Below are positions 25,301 to 38,129 of a DNA stretch of 64,000 bases, piece by piece; position 1 is the first letter of the stretch, and every line of letters starts with the position of its first letter. The notes beneath the pieces are model-generated. The model was not told the DNA's origin. It did no database searches and saw only the letters and a list, made by a program, of their open reading frames with translations. Made by a program: the position numbers and the translations under genes. Location: assembly GCA_002104905.1 (NCBI GenBank), contig MCFE01000450.1, positions 1 through 64,000 of the forward strand, written 5' to 3'. The stretch is from Basidiobolus meristosporus CBS 931.73. Its lineage: Eukaryota > Fungi > Basidiobolomycota.

Positions 25301-27062
25301 ATCCCTTACAAACACTCAATTTGATTGGAATTGAGTATTTTAGGCCCAAAACAAGCTATTTTTTGCCCATTGGCACATTTTCCGTTCCCCAATGAGTCCT
25401 GGCCTCCTATGCCATTTCTCCAAGTTGGTTTTATCAGTTTCAGCAATGTTGACATAATCAGGTACAATAATCTTGCATTGTAACTTGTATATTGCAATCT
25501 CTGATTCCCAAAGTTAATTTTTGTCCATTTTCACTCAATATTGGGCAACTCATCTTAGTAAAACAAATTTTAGTCCCTGAGCAGTTGCTTTACTGACTGA
25601 GAGTAGGTTCTTAGCTATTCCAGGTACATAGAGTACATCAGTTAGTCTTGCTGTTGTTGCCCATGAGCTATTGCTCATATTTAGCTGTATAGACCCACTG
25701 GCAGTAGCTGCCAGAGCAGAGTTATCTCATAGACAAACCTTGCCTATGCAAATTGTCTTTAAGTTGCTGAACCACTTCTTTAAACCACAAATATGCTGTG
25801 ATGGTCCAGAGTCAATATACCATTCATTACTTTCGTTGCTTGCACTCTCTTGTACAGTTACAAGTAATTGTACATCAGTAGTTATGTAGTTTGCCTGCTA
25901 TAGTTTCTGTTTTTTGTCTGCTTGTTTCCTTTCGCATTCTCTTGCCCAGTCTCCTAGCCTCTTACAGTAGCTACAGCAACCAGGTTTTCCTTGCTTTTCT
26001 TGCTTTCCCTTCTTTTCTGTGTGCCATACTAAGCTAAATAAAGCATTTTCTCCAATTTTTGCTGCTTGATCATTAAGTCTGAGTTCTTCATGGAGAAGCC
26101 TTTTTCAGAGATAGTCTAAAGTCAAGTAGTCTTCTCTGCTTTCAAAGTAAGTGTGAGTGGCTCATACCTGCCCAGTAGGCTGCAAAGTTGACAGAGTATC
26201 TTTTTTTCATTATCTACACCTGCATTAATACTGTAAAGTTCTACTGCAAGTGTCTCCACTCTGGCAATGAGTTGTAGCATGTCATCATTGGGCTTCTTCC
26301 TCATGTTGAAAAAGTTTTGTTTTAAATAAAGCTTGCTTGATACTGACTTTGCTCTAAGGATCTTCTCTAACAATTCCCATGCTGCTTTGGCAGTGTTTGA
26401 GGCATGGATTTGTCCAATGAAGGAATCTTGCACATTGATATCTGTGGCATTAAAGGCCTTTCTCTCCGTTTCTTGAAACTTCTCTACTACTTATGCCATT
26501 CCTTTGGGCTCAACTTCTGTTCCTGCCACTATATTCCAAAGCTTCCTTTCTCAAGATGGATCTGCATCTTGATTATCCAAAGTCTGTAGTTCTTCCCATC
26601 AAACCTCCCCATTACAGGGAAGATGTTTGTGGTGTTCTGTTTGCTGGTAGAAGTCATTTTTAGAATAGATTAAGGTAATCAGGGCACATAACCTGTTGAA
26701 ATTTAAGAAGTGATTTGGATATAAGGAACTTATTAAGACATAGTGATAATAGCTGAACTGTTGTTTATTAATAAAGAAGCTTAGTATTTATACCTTTGTA
26801 GAAGTAATACGTCTGTAACACTAAGTAAGGAAGGTTCCTCAATATTCAGGAGCATTCTCTAACAGTTTCAGGGTTAATACATAATGTTTAGTAATAGTGC
26901 TAATTTGCTCATAACTATAGGGGAATAATCATAAGATCATAGATCTGAAGAAAGTGGCAAAGTCAGAGCTCTAAATTAGTCCCACAGTGACCAAGACTAG
27001 TCCAGAATTGTTGAGTAGATTGTTAGCTGCCAAATGATACCAAATGGTCCAATATTTCAACA
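22387..27062 (-). mobile_element. Ty1/copia family D copy D1, full length but decayed
   Basis: 5' LTR 26694-27062, PBS GGTTATGTGCCCTG next to 26693, gag 26122-26433, integrase 24847-25236 (VHSDICGPM, QENGVAE), RT/RNase H to 22770, PPT GAAGGGGAG 22755-22763, 3' LTR 22387-22754. Confidence 0.9.
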
Positions 27063-27128
27063 GCAAAATGGTTTGCAATAAGGTAAAGAATGTTTAAGGG
27101 GCATTTGTGAAGTCAAGACTACTGACCG

Positions 27129-27498
27129 AGTTACAAATCCTGATATAAAAGTTGTAGAAAAATAGGGAGCTTAGCAAGTATTGTATTCACCAAATCTTGA
27201 ACTGATTTTCATTGATGTTTCAGCAGCTTCTTACACACATTTTGCAGATCAGTTGCCAACCAATTGAATTTCCTAATGTAGCTTGTGGCTGATGACTCAT
27301 TCAATATCTTCATCATCATCACACAAACAGACCCTGCTTTAGTGACCTACTTCTGTATGATTAAGATCTGCTGACTCATCTGCTGATCAATTTATTGATT
27401 TGTTGGAAAACACTGATATACTGATAGGCTACACATAAAATTAATTGATTAGACTGGAAACTGATCTAACTAATATATTCAAGCAGTAGATCATGACA
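27129..27498 (-). repeat. solo LTR of family E inside family E reverse transcriptase
   Basis: Homologous to 34747-35115; flanks collinear with E1 RT at about 32720-32770; TSD decayed. Confidence 0.82.
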
Positions 27499-30182
27499 AC
27501 TAAGTACCCATAATGGCCATATCTGGTCCAGAATACTGTCTTGCTGATGTCTTGTAGTTTCACCCTAATTTGGTTGTTACCTGACATGAGATCAATCTTG
27601 CTCAATATGATGGCTCCATTGAGTTGGCCCAAAAGCTCATCAGTCCCAGGTATGTGGTACTTATTCATTATGGAAACATAGTTATGGGCTCTATAATCAA
27701 TGCTCATCCTAAGTGTTTCATTTTTCTTTTTCAGAAAAACCTCTGGTACTCCCTAAGGTGACCTGTTGGGTCTGATGTATCCTTGCTTCAATAGTTGATC
27801 AATTTGACACTACATCTCCTGCTAAGCTTACTTATCTCACACATACTGGTATTGGCCATGTCAAAATCCAGTCTGGCAGGTAACAGCTCATAGGCCTTGT
27901 CCTTGCAAGTCTGAGTAGCATGGGTTCTCCAGTTGATTCATGGATTACAACCAAATAGCCAGGCCTTTTCAAGTACAACGTCATACTTGCAGTTCCCCAA
28001 TATATATGCCTGTAGGTCTTCTCTATAGTCTTTGTTGTTCATTCTTACTGGCTGAGTAATATCATTGATAAAGGTAGAGTTGCCATCTCCTGTTGAAACC
28101 AAAGTTAATTTTTGTGCTCTGAGTTAATTCCAGCTTATAAGTCAAATTGCTATTACATGTACTCAAATGATGCTCCTGAGTCAATCCTGATCTTGGCAAG
28201 TACTCCATTGATTGCTCCATTCATGTATAATAGCTTCCCTGGAGCAGAGGACATTAGGAACATGTATTCTTATGTAAATGGAAGGTGCGTTTTGAGTTTT
28301 CCTCAAGTTCATCCTCCATGCTATCATGCTGAAGGGCTTTGATGTGGCTGAAGGCTCTTGTTGACCGGTGACCATGTCTTTTCTGATGTCAGTACCCTCA
28401 GATATGACCTTGTTGGTGAAAGTTAAAACAGATTCTTCTCTTCTTGCATACTTTTGGAGTAGAATTCCTCTGAATAGCATCTATTTCCATTGGCGCTGCT
28501 CTTGATTGTCTTCTTTCATAGTCATTGAAGCCTTTCTGATCAGTCATTGTAAGTTTTCCAGCTGCAAGCATAGCTAGTCATAGTTGATGGAAATCATGAT
28601 GGCTTCCTAAATAGTCTGAGGTCTTTGATAATTCACTTCCTTGAAAGCTCTTACTTTCAGGTGTTCAATAAGTTATACAACTTGGTCAAGGGGTGCTATT
28701 CCTTCAATTTTTCCAAGTGGCCATCAATACTCATAGATGTATTCTTGAGCTGTTCCTCTACAGCTGACTGTCTTCAGCTACCTTCTTAGTAGTATATGCT
28801 GGTGGGAGTGTTCAAGGCATCTTAATTCCCAACACAAGCTCAATCCCAGGTAAAGATGGTAGAGCATGTTGCAATATTGAGCTATTTAGTATCATTCAGT
28901 AACTAAAGGTTCACTTAGTGACTCTGGACTAGTCTAGGTCACTGTACAACCCTAACTTAGAGCGCTAACTTTGCTATTTTCTTCAATTCCTGATCCTAAA
29001 AATATTCCCCTATAGTCAAGATCAAATAAGCACTTTTTGCAAACATTATGTACTAACCCAGAATCCGCTATAGAATGCTCCTGAATGTTAAGAAACCCTC
29101 CTTACTTAGAGTTACAGTTGTATTACTTTTATAAGGGTCAATATACTGAGCCTCTATATTGATAAGCAACAGGTTAACTATTACCACTATTACTTAATAT
29201 ATTCATTTTTTCCAAATTACTTCTTAAAATGTACCAGGTTAGGAGTTCCAACTGCCTTAATTTACTCCAAAGATGACTTCTACCAGTAAACAGAACAATA
29301 CAAACATCTTCCCTATAAGCAAGAGGCTTGATGAGAGGAACTACAAACTTTGAAGAATCAATATGCAGATCCACCTTGAGGAAAGAAAGCTTTGAAATAT
29401 AGTAACAGGAAAAGAAGCTGAGCCTAAAGGAACAGCAGAAGAAGTGGAGAGATTTCAAGAGAAGTAGAGAAAGACCTTTGATGCCATGTGTATCAATAAC
29501 TGAGATTCCTTCATTGGACAAATTCATGATTGAAATGCAGTCAAAGTAGCATGGGCATCCTTGGAGAAGACCTTTAGAGCAAAATCAGTATCAAGCAAGC
29601 CTTTTCTATAAAAGAGTTTGTTACCACAATGAAAAACACTGCGGATATCATGCCAGAGCTCATAACCCAAATGAAGAAATTTGCAGAAGAACTCTATAGT
29701 GTTAATGCTGGTGTAGAAGATGAAGAAAGGATACTCTGTCAGCTTTGCAGCTCATCAGACAAGTATGAGCTACTCAAATTTGCTTTTGAAAGCCAGGAAG
29801 ACAATCTGACTTTAGACTATGTCAATGGGAGACACTTCACACAGGACTTAGATATAATGATCAAACAGAGAAAATTGAAGAGAATGCTTTATCCAGCTTG
29901 GCATGGCACACAGAAAAGAAGGGAAAGCAAGAAACCTAAGGAAAACCTGGTTGCTGTAGCTACTGTAAGAGGCTAGGAGATTGGGCAAGAGAAGGCAAGA
30001 AGTAACAAGCAGACAAAAGACAGAAACTAGAGCAGGCAAACTATATAACTACTGATGAACAGTTATTTGTAAATGTACATGAGAGTACAAGTAACAAAAT
30101 AATGAATGGCATATTGACTATGGAGCATCACAGCATATTTGCGTTTTAAAGAGGTGGCTTAGCTACTTAAAGACTATTCCCA

Positions 30183-33100
30183 AGTTGTAAGTCTTGGTAT
30201 AAGGGTTGTAGAGGAATAGGGAGTTTAGCTAGTATTGTATTCACTAAAACTTGAACTGATCTTTATGGAGGTTCCAGCAGCTCGTTATATACATTTTGTC
30301 AGATCAATTGCTGACTAATTGTATTTACTAATGTAGGTTGTGGCTGATGACTCATTTGATTGCATCATCATCACCCAGTAAGATCCTACTGAATATATCT
30401 ATTTCTGCCTGATAAGGATCTGCTGATTCATTTGCTGACTAATACTACTGATTTCATAGACAATACTGATAAACTGATAACCTAAACATACACTAATTGA
30501 TTTGACTAAAAACTGATCTAACTTAAACATTCAAGCGGCAGATCATAACATTCTCCCTTGCTAAAGTTGAGAGGGTTCTCCTGAATCTCTTTTCTTGTGA
30601 TACCAATACCTTGGCGGTTCAGTATTATCAGCAAGTCTTGCAAGCTTGAGTCTGTCCCTATGCACTAAGTCTTCCCAGATATTGCCTTGTTTGTCCACCA
30701 GTTGGTAAGTTGCAAATGGACATTCTCTGATGATCTTGAATGGTCCTGTCCATTGTGGCTCAAGCTTCTTCCAAGTGTTGTTTCTTATCAATACAAAGTT
30801 CCCAACTGTCAATGCTTCTGGTGCTATAGTCTTATCAAATCTCTGCTTCATCTTTTCTGCACTCTGAGATACTTTAGTCTGTGCCTCTTGACATCTTTGT
30901 TCCAGTTACTGGTGTCTACTTGGCTGACTGAGTTCATCTTCTAAGGTGTCTGTAAGCTTTGGTTGTGTGAGATCTCCTGGAATCCTTGGTTCACATCCAT
31001 ACACTAAGTAAAATGGTGATTGCTGGGTGGTGTTGTGTACTCTGACTCTGCATGCAAAGAGTGCTTGGTCTATATACTCATCCCATCTACTGACAACTCC
31101 ATTTGCATACTTGGTCAGCATTTTTCCAAATAATCCATCAAACTGCTCAGTGACTCCATTAGTTCTGGGGTGATATGCCAAGGTTTTCAAGTGTCTGATC
31201 TGCCGCATTTCCAGGTAAGCCTCCAATGTCTTTGCCGTAAAGCTTGCACCTCTATCAGATAAGATCTCCACAGGGCATCCAAACTTCATAAGGATCTCAT
31301 GGTAGATGAAACTTGCAACTTCTTGTTCACTGGCTATAGGTACAGCTTTAGCCACTGGCCATTTTGTAGCATGGTCAGTTGTTACTAGGATCCAATGGTT
31401 GCATTTCCTGGTAGTTGGCAGTCTTCCAATAAAGTCAATTCCCCATCTTTCAAATGGTCTTACAGGCTCCAAGGGAAAGAGCCTGGCAATTCTCTGTGGT
31501 TGACCTTGGTTGATTTGGCAACTTGGGCATGTTTTCACTAGCTTCTCAATGTCTTGCTTCATTCTGGGCCGCCATGCTCTGGCTTTCATAAGACTACAGG
31601 TTACTTCAATTCCAAGATGTCCATATCCATTATGTAGCTTATGCATTAAATCCAGGCAAGAAACATAAGGGCAATAGGCAATAGGGCTTCCATCAACAAT
31701 TTGGTAGAGTGTTTCATCCTGTACTACAAATTTGCTGGCTTCAATCCAGATCATCTTCTTGATATCTTCATTCACCTCATTAGGAATGGCTTGGTCCTCC
31801 AGGTACTTTGGTAATAGGCTAGGCCAATCTGATTCATGCACCAAGTTAAGTTGTGCAACTTGATCTAATCTTGATAAGGCATCAGCAACCGTGTTGTTTT
31901 TTCCAAGGCAGTAGACAATCTCCAAGTCAAATTGCTGAATGTATTCACTCCATCTTGTCATTCTTCTAGTGAGTACCTTTTGAGTAAATATATACTTGAG
32001 GGAGGCATGATCAGTGTCCACAGTGCATTTGACTCCTTCAATACAGCATCTCCATGTCTTCAAACAGTGTATTATAGCAAGCATCTGCTTCTCATGGACT
32101 GGATAGTTTTGTTCTGCTGAGTTCAGTTTCTTGGATTCAAAGGCAACAGGGTAGTCCTTTCCCTTATGTTCTTGGCTCAGCACTCCTCCAATTGTATAAT
32201 CTGAAGCATCTCTGCACATAGTGAACTCTTTTTTGAAGTCTGGTATTCTTAAGCTTGGCAGCTTAGCAAGTTCATTCTTGAGTGTCTGGAAGGCAGTCTC
32301 ACAAGCTATGTCCCACTTGTAGGTATTGTCTTTCTTGAGGATATCAGTTAAAGGGGCTGCAATACTTGCAAACAACTTGACAAATCTCTGATAAAAGGAA
32401 ACCATTCCAAAGAATGATCTGAGCTCTGATATGCTATGGGGCTGCTTCAGATTCTTGATTACTTCCACCTTCTTAGGGTTTAAGGTTACTCCTGTGCTAG
32501 TCACTATGTGTCCCAGATATTCATTGTGTTCCTTGAAGAGTTCACACATGGGTAGCTTGCCATAAAGCTTGTTCTCTCTTAGCTTCTTCAAGACCTTTTC
32601 AATGTGCACCAAGTGATCCTCTTCTGTCTTGCTGTATATCAGTATATCATCTAGGCTGATTATGACAAACTTGTCAAAGTACTCCTGAAAGACAGTCTGC
32701 ATCAGGGTCATGAAAGTTGCAGGGGCATTAGTGAGGCCAAAACTCATGACTAAGTACTTGTAATGTCTATATCTGGTCCTGAATGCTGTCTTAGGAATGT
32801 CTTCTGGCTTCACCCTAATCTGGTTGTATCCTGACATGAGGTCAATCTTGCTGAAAATAGTGGCTCCATTGAGTTGGTCCAAGAGCTCATCAATCCAAGG
32901 TATGGGGTACTTATTCTTCATGGTAACTGAGTTCAGGGCTCTGTAGTCAATGCACATCCTAAGTGTTCCATCCTTCTTCACAAAAAGTACTGGTGCTCCC
33001 CAAGGTGACTTGCTGGGTCTGATATATCCTTGCTCCAGTAACTGATCTATTTGTCTCTTTATCTCTTCCAACTCCAATGGACTCATTCTGTAAGGTGTCT

Positions 33101-35115
33101 TACTCACTGGAGGGCTATCTCCTGTTTCAATTGCATGATCCACGTCTCTGACTGGTGGTAGGCTTACAAGCTCTTCTGGAAATACATCTGAATATTTCTT
33201 CAAGAGAGTCTGGACCTGCTGGGGTGCTGGAATAGAGGAATCCTCTTGTAATACCGCCATGAGGAACATCTGGGTAACTTTTCTAAGTGCTCTACAGAAC
33301 TGGGTCTTGCTAAGTTCACTTGTCTCACACATAGTGGAATTGACCAAGTTGAAATTCATCCTGGCAGGTAATAGCTCATAAGTCTTGTTGTCCTTTTGGA
33401 TCTGAGTAGCATGGGTTCTCCAGTTGATCGATGGATTACAACAAAATAGCCAGGTTTTTCCAAGTACAAGGTCAAACTTGCAGTTCCCAAACATATAAGC
33501 CTGTAGGTTTTCTTCATAGTCATTGATCTTCATTCTTACTGGCTGAGTAATATGGTTGATTATGTGAGAGTTCCCATCAGCTGTGGAGACTGAAGTTGAT
33601 TTGGTAGGTTCCAAGTTGATTCCAGCTTACAAGGCAAATTGTTCTGACATGTATTCATGTGATGCTCCTGAGTCAATCATGATTTTGGCAGGTACTCCCT
33701 TGATTACTCTATTTAAGTACAATAACTTCCCTGAGTTTGAGGTCATTTGGGACAAGTACTCTTCTGTCATATGAACAGTGAGTTCTGAGTCTTCTTCAAG
33801 TTCTTCCTCCATGCTACTATGCTCCATGGCCTCAATACGGTTAAAGGTTCTTGATGGCTGGTGTCTATTTCTTCTCTGAGGGCAGTACTTTGCAATATGT
33901 CCTTGCTGGTGGCAATTGAAGCAAGTCCTTTCTTCTTACATTCTTCTGAGGTAGGATTCTTCTGCATAGCATCTATTTTCATTGGCACTGCTTCTGACTG
34001 TCTTCTTCATAGCAATTGTAGCCTCTCTGATTAGTCATTGTGGGCTTCCCAACTCCAAACATAGCTGAGTCATAGTCAATGGCAATCTTGATGGCTTCTT
34101 TGATAGTCTGAGGTCTTTGATAATTCACTTCCTTACAAGTTCTTTCTTTCAACCCATCAATAAAGTATTCAACTTAATCCAGAGGGCCAATTCTTTCAAT
34201 ATGCCCAAGTAGACATCTATATTCATAGATGTACTCTTGGACCATTACTTTTTGTCTGAGTGTCTTCAACTTCCTTTTTAGTAGTGTCTGCTGTTGTGGA
34301 GGTTCAAAGCATCCTGAATGTTCAACACAAAATCATCCGGTGTAGAGATTGTAGAGCATCCCATCATAGTGGCTGATCTGATCCTGTTGTGGTACCACTG
34401 CAAAGCTGTGTCTGCCAGGTAAGAGGCTGCATAATGTAACTTGCTTTCTGGAGCAATTTCTTTAGCCTTAAACACTTCTTCAATCCAAAAGAGCCAAGTT
34501 CCCAAGTTTTCATTGACTCTGCCATGGTACCAGTTGACCTTCACACTAAAGTTGCTCTTGACAGGGTTTTGCTGGCTTTGAGCCATGGCAGTCAATCCTT
34601 GTTGCTGCTGGCTCAGGATCTGGAGTAACTGTTGCTGCTGGGCCAGGATTTGCTGCATAGCATTCTTCCATTCTTGATTTTCTGACATCTTGAGGGTGGT
34701 TTCTTCTTTCTTCAGGAGGGAGGTTTCTGGTTATTGTTGCCACCAATGTTACAAGTCTTGGTATAAGAGTTGGAGAGGAATTGGGAGTTTAGCTAGTATT
34801 GTATTCACTAAAACTTGAACTGATCTTTATTGAGGTTCCAGCAGCTCCTTATATATATTTTGTCAGATCAATTGCTGACTAATTGTATTTCCTAATGTAG
34901 GTTTTTGGCTGATGACTCATTTGATTGCATCATCATCACCCAATAAGATCCTACTTAATATATCTATTTCTGTCTGATAAGGATCTGCTGATTCATTTGC
35001 TGACTAATGCTACTGATTTCATAGATAATATTGATATACTGATAACCTAAACATATACTAATTGATTTGACTAAAAAATGATCTAACTTAAACATTCAAG
35101 TGGCAGATCACAACA
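30183..35115 (-). mobile_element. Ty3/gypsy family E copy E1, full length (4.9 kb)
   Basis: 5' LTR 34747-35115, 3' LTR 30183-30550, PPT AAGGGAGAA next to 30550, disrupted gag 33830-34688, protease IDSGASHEY 33627-33827, pol ORF. Confidence 0.93.
30906..33614 (-). CDS. pol: gypsy pol: RT, RNase H and integrase (902 aa); separated by single in-frame TAA codons from the protease upstream and the GPF-motif C-terminus (30561-30851)
   Basis: SPWGAPVLFVKKDGTLRMCIDYRALN, IISLDDILIYS, DASDYTIGGVL, HNGYGH...CPSC zinc finger, WGIDFIGRLP, RTNGVTEQF; no chromodomain seen. Confidence 0.92.
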   Translation of the reverse strand: MEPTKSTSVSTADGNSHIINHITQPVRMKINDYEENLQAYMFGNCKFDLVLGKTWLFCCNPSINWRTHATQIQKDNKTYELLPARMNFNLVNSTMCETSELSKTQFCRALRKVTQMFLMAVLQEDSSIPAPQQVQTLLKKYSDVFPEELVSLPPVRDVDHAIETGDSPPVSKTPYRMSPLELEEIKRQIDQLLEQGYIRPSKSPWGAPVLFVKKDGTLRMCIDYRALNSVTMKNKYPIPWIDELLDQLNGATIFSKIDLMSGYNQIRVKPEDIPKTAFRTRYRHYKYLVMSFGLTNAPATFMTLMQTVFQEYFDKFVIISLDDILIYSKTEEDHLVHIEKVLKKLRENKLYGKLPMCELFKEHNEYLGHIVTSTGVTLNPKKVEVIKNLKQPHSISELRSFFGMVSFYQRFVKLFASIAAPLTDILKKDNTYKWDIACETAFQTLKNELAKLPSLRIPDFKKEFTMCRDASDYTIGGVLSQEHKGKDYPVAFESKKLNSAEQNYPVHEKQMLAIIHCLKTWRCCIEGVKCTVDTDHASLKYIFTQKVLTRRMTRWSEYIQQFDLEIVYCLGKNNTVADALSRLDQVAQLNLVHESDWPSLLPKYLEDQAIPNEVNEDIKKMIWIEASKFVVQDETLYQIVDGSPIAYCPYVSCLDLMHKLHNGYGHLGIEVTCSLMKARAWRPRMKQDIEKLVKTCPSCQINQGQPQRIARLFPLEPVRPFERWGIDFIGRLPTTRKCNHWILVTTDHATKWPVAKAVPIASEQEVASFIYHEILMKFGCPVEILSDRGASFTAKTLEAYLEMRQIRHLKTLAYHPRTNGVTEQFDGLFGKMLTKYANGVVSRWDEYIDQALFACRVRVHNTTQQSPFYLVYGCEPRIPGDLTQPKLTDTLEDELSQPSRHQ

Positions 35116-36663
35116 CCTGTAAGAAAGGTTTACCTGGGATACAACTCTTCACTGGAAGCTACATCCAGTGGGTCTATATAGCTGAATATTGGGCATATCT
35201 CAGGGACAAGAGCAGCAAAACTAACTGACATGGAGTATGTGCCTAGGATAGCCAAGAACATACTTGGTCAGTAGAGCAACTACTAATAGACTGAAATTAA
35301 CTTTTGCTAAACTGAGCCGCTGAATATTGGTGAAAATGGACCAAAATTAGCTTTGGGAGTAAAAGAGCACAATATATACAGGTTACCATACAAGATCATT
35401 CTACCTGAGCAAGTCAATATTGCCAAAACTGATGAAACTAGCTGGGAGATGTGGCATAGGAGGCTAGGACCCATTAAGGAGCAGAAAATGAGCTAATTAG
35501 TGAGAAATTAGCTTGTTTTGGGCCTAAACTACTCAACTCTAATCAAATTGAGTGTTGGTAATAGTTGTTCATTTGACATATGAATGTCTGTAAAGGATGT
35601 TTATATGGTAACCAAGCTAGGCAACATTTCCAGAGCCCAGGAGGTATTAACACCACCAAAATATTGGCTTTTGTGCACTTGGACATATATGGGCCTACAA
35701 GAAATCTGTCCTTTGGAGCCAAGAGATACTTGATGATATTCAATGACAACAAGATAAGATATACATAGAAGTACTTCCTTAAGGCAAAGAATGAGGCTTT
35801 GGAGATGGTTAGGCACATGAAGAAGAAGGCAGAAACACAAACTGGATATAAATTGAAGATACTTTGGAGTGACAAAGGAAGGGAATACAGCTCAAGAGAG
35901 CTTGTAAAGTACTACTCATCTACTGGTATACTTTGGCAGAACACTGTTTGACATACTCCACAGCAAAATAGAGTAGCAGAATATGCAAGTAGATCCATAA
36001 TAGAGATTGGAATTTATGAGCTACATGATGAGGGAATGGACTAAGAGTTTTCAGCTGAATCTATTGCTACCATGTATACATCAAGAATCAATGCCCAACA
36101 GCAGCACTATGTAATTATTCACCCTTTTAAGCATATACAGGCTAAAAATTAGACCTCTAATACCAGGGATCTTTGGCAGTTTTTTTTATGAGAGCCCTGA
36201 CAAAACACACTCAAAGTTGGGACCAAAGAATAGAAAAATGATCTTTCTTGGATATCGCAAGGATACAATAGGGTATAGAGTGAATGATGCACAATTCAGA
36301 AGCTGATCAAGAGTAGGGATGCTGTATTTGAGGAGAATTTAGATCAGAAAGACACTGAAATCATTACCCAGCTACCTGATGAGGCAATCAATGCTAATGA
36401 GAAAGATACATACCTAACTCAGCCAGGTACAGATGATAACTCTACCAGCTCCAGATCAGAGCAAATTATATCTTGTTAGGATATCTACCAGAATAACAAA
36501 TGCCCCTGGATCCTGGTGGCAGACATCCAATGATTATGAAGAAAATTAGCTGCCTTTTATGTCATACCTCAGTATGTGAAACAGGCAATGCAAAGTCCAG
36601 ATGCTACTATGTGACAACAAGCTATGCAGGATGAGTACAACTACTGATCAGGGTGAAACATGG

Positions 36664-36721
36664 GAACCAGTAGACCTACCAAATGGGAGAAAGAACCAGT
36701 AGACCTACCAAATGGGAGAAA
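36664..36721 (+). repeat. 29-bp tandem duplication within decayed D2 RT
   Basis: GAACCAGTAGACCTACCAAATGGGAGAAA twice. Confidence 0.85.
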
Positions 36722-37374
36722 GCCAGTAAGATGTAGATAGGTCTACTAGATCAAGATAACCTCAAATGGCACCATTGGTAAGAACAGTGCTGGATTGGTG
36801 GCTAAAGACTATTCTTAGATCCAGGGACTAGACTTTAAGGAAACATTTGCTCCAGCTGCCAAGTGTAACTCCATCAGTACAGTTTGAGCCCTGGCAGCTG
36901 TGCACAATTTAGATCTATACCAAATGGATATCATGCAGCCTTTCTAAATGGGGATCTGCAGGAAACCATATATATAGAGCATTCAGAAGGTCTTACCAAT
37001 CCAAAAGGCCTTCATAAGGTGTGTAGACATAGGAAATTATTGTATGGGCTTAAGCAGGCACATAAAGCATGGAATAACAAGATTGACACATATGTAAAGG
37101 AGATTGGATTCATTTGAGGCACTGCAGATCACAGTTTATATTTGAAACAGCTCAAAAAGGGTGTAAATATCCTAATTCTTTATTTGAAAAACCCAGAAAT
37201 AGCTACAAGTGACAAGGAGGCACTTAAACAGGCAAGATCAGATTGCTTCATCAAGTTTGAGATACATTTTCTTGAAAAATTAAACTTTTTTCTTGGAATT
37301 GAAGTCAAATTTACATACCCATGCAGAAAGCTGAGCTGAACCTGATTAATTGCATTAGGGACAGTCTCAGATGC

Positions 37375-37744
37375 TGTTCAAATATTGAAATTTTTGGCAT
37401 CATTCAGCAGCCAAAAATTTATTTAACAATTCTAGACTAGTGTTGGTCACTCTAGTACTAATTTGCAGCCCCAACTCTGTCAGTTTCTTCAGATCCATGA
37501 TCCTATGATTATTCCCCTACAGTCAAGATCATTTTTACACTTTTTACCAAACATTATGCACTAACCCTGAAACTGTTACAGAACACTCTTGAATGTTAGG
37601 AAACTATCCTTACTTGGTGCTATAGTGGTATAACTTCTACAAAGGTATAAATTTTGATCTACTTTATGAGCAATCAGCATTTCAACTTTTATCACTATTT
37701 CTTGAAAAGTTCCTTATATCCAATTCACATCTTAAATTGCAACA
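37375..37744 (+). repeat. solo LTR of family D inside D2
   Basis: TGTTCAAATATTG...AATTGCAACA, 370 bp; TSD GATGC/GATTC; flanks collinear with D1 RT. Confidence 0.88.
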
Positions 37745-38129
37745 GATTCTTCTAGAAGGAGAATTGCAAGCCTGCAGCTGCCCACATTGACAATAACCTG
37801 AGCTTGAGCAAATCTCAACCAGTTTTAGGTGAAAAAGGCTCAAATGTGGATCAAAACTGTCCCTTACAGTCAATGGTAGGTTGCCTCACGTAATTGATGG
37901 TGTTTACATATCCAGCTATTGCAGTGACAGTTGGGATAGTCAGTTAATGCAAGCAAAATCATGGATCAGATTGAATTACAGCAATTAAGCAAATTTTAGC
38001 TATCTACAAAGTATTATAAATATGCTACTGGAGCACTCTGAAGCAGCTAATAGGCCATTGTTTGATGGTTGGAGTGATACACATTGGGGCAGGGATCTGA
38101 TCAACACAAAGCTAAGTACTTGGCTGCTT

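Noticed and set aside
30561-30851. Possible chromodomain at the end of family E integrase
   Set aside because: Only the GPF module and a short tail are present; no chromodomain aromatic pattern.
34727-34746. Possible self-priming site for gypsy family E
   Set aside because: No complement of TGGTGGCAACAAT was found in the E LTR. It starts with TGG like a tRNA PBS, but I cannot assign the tRNA.
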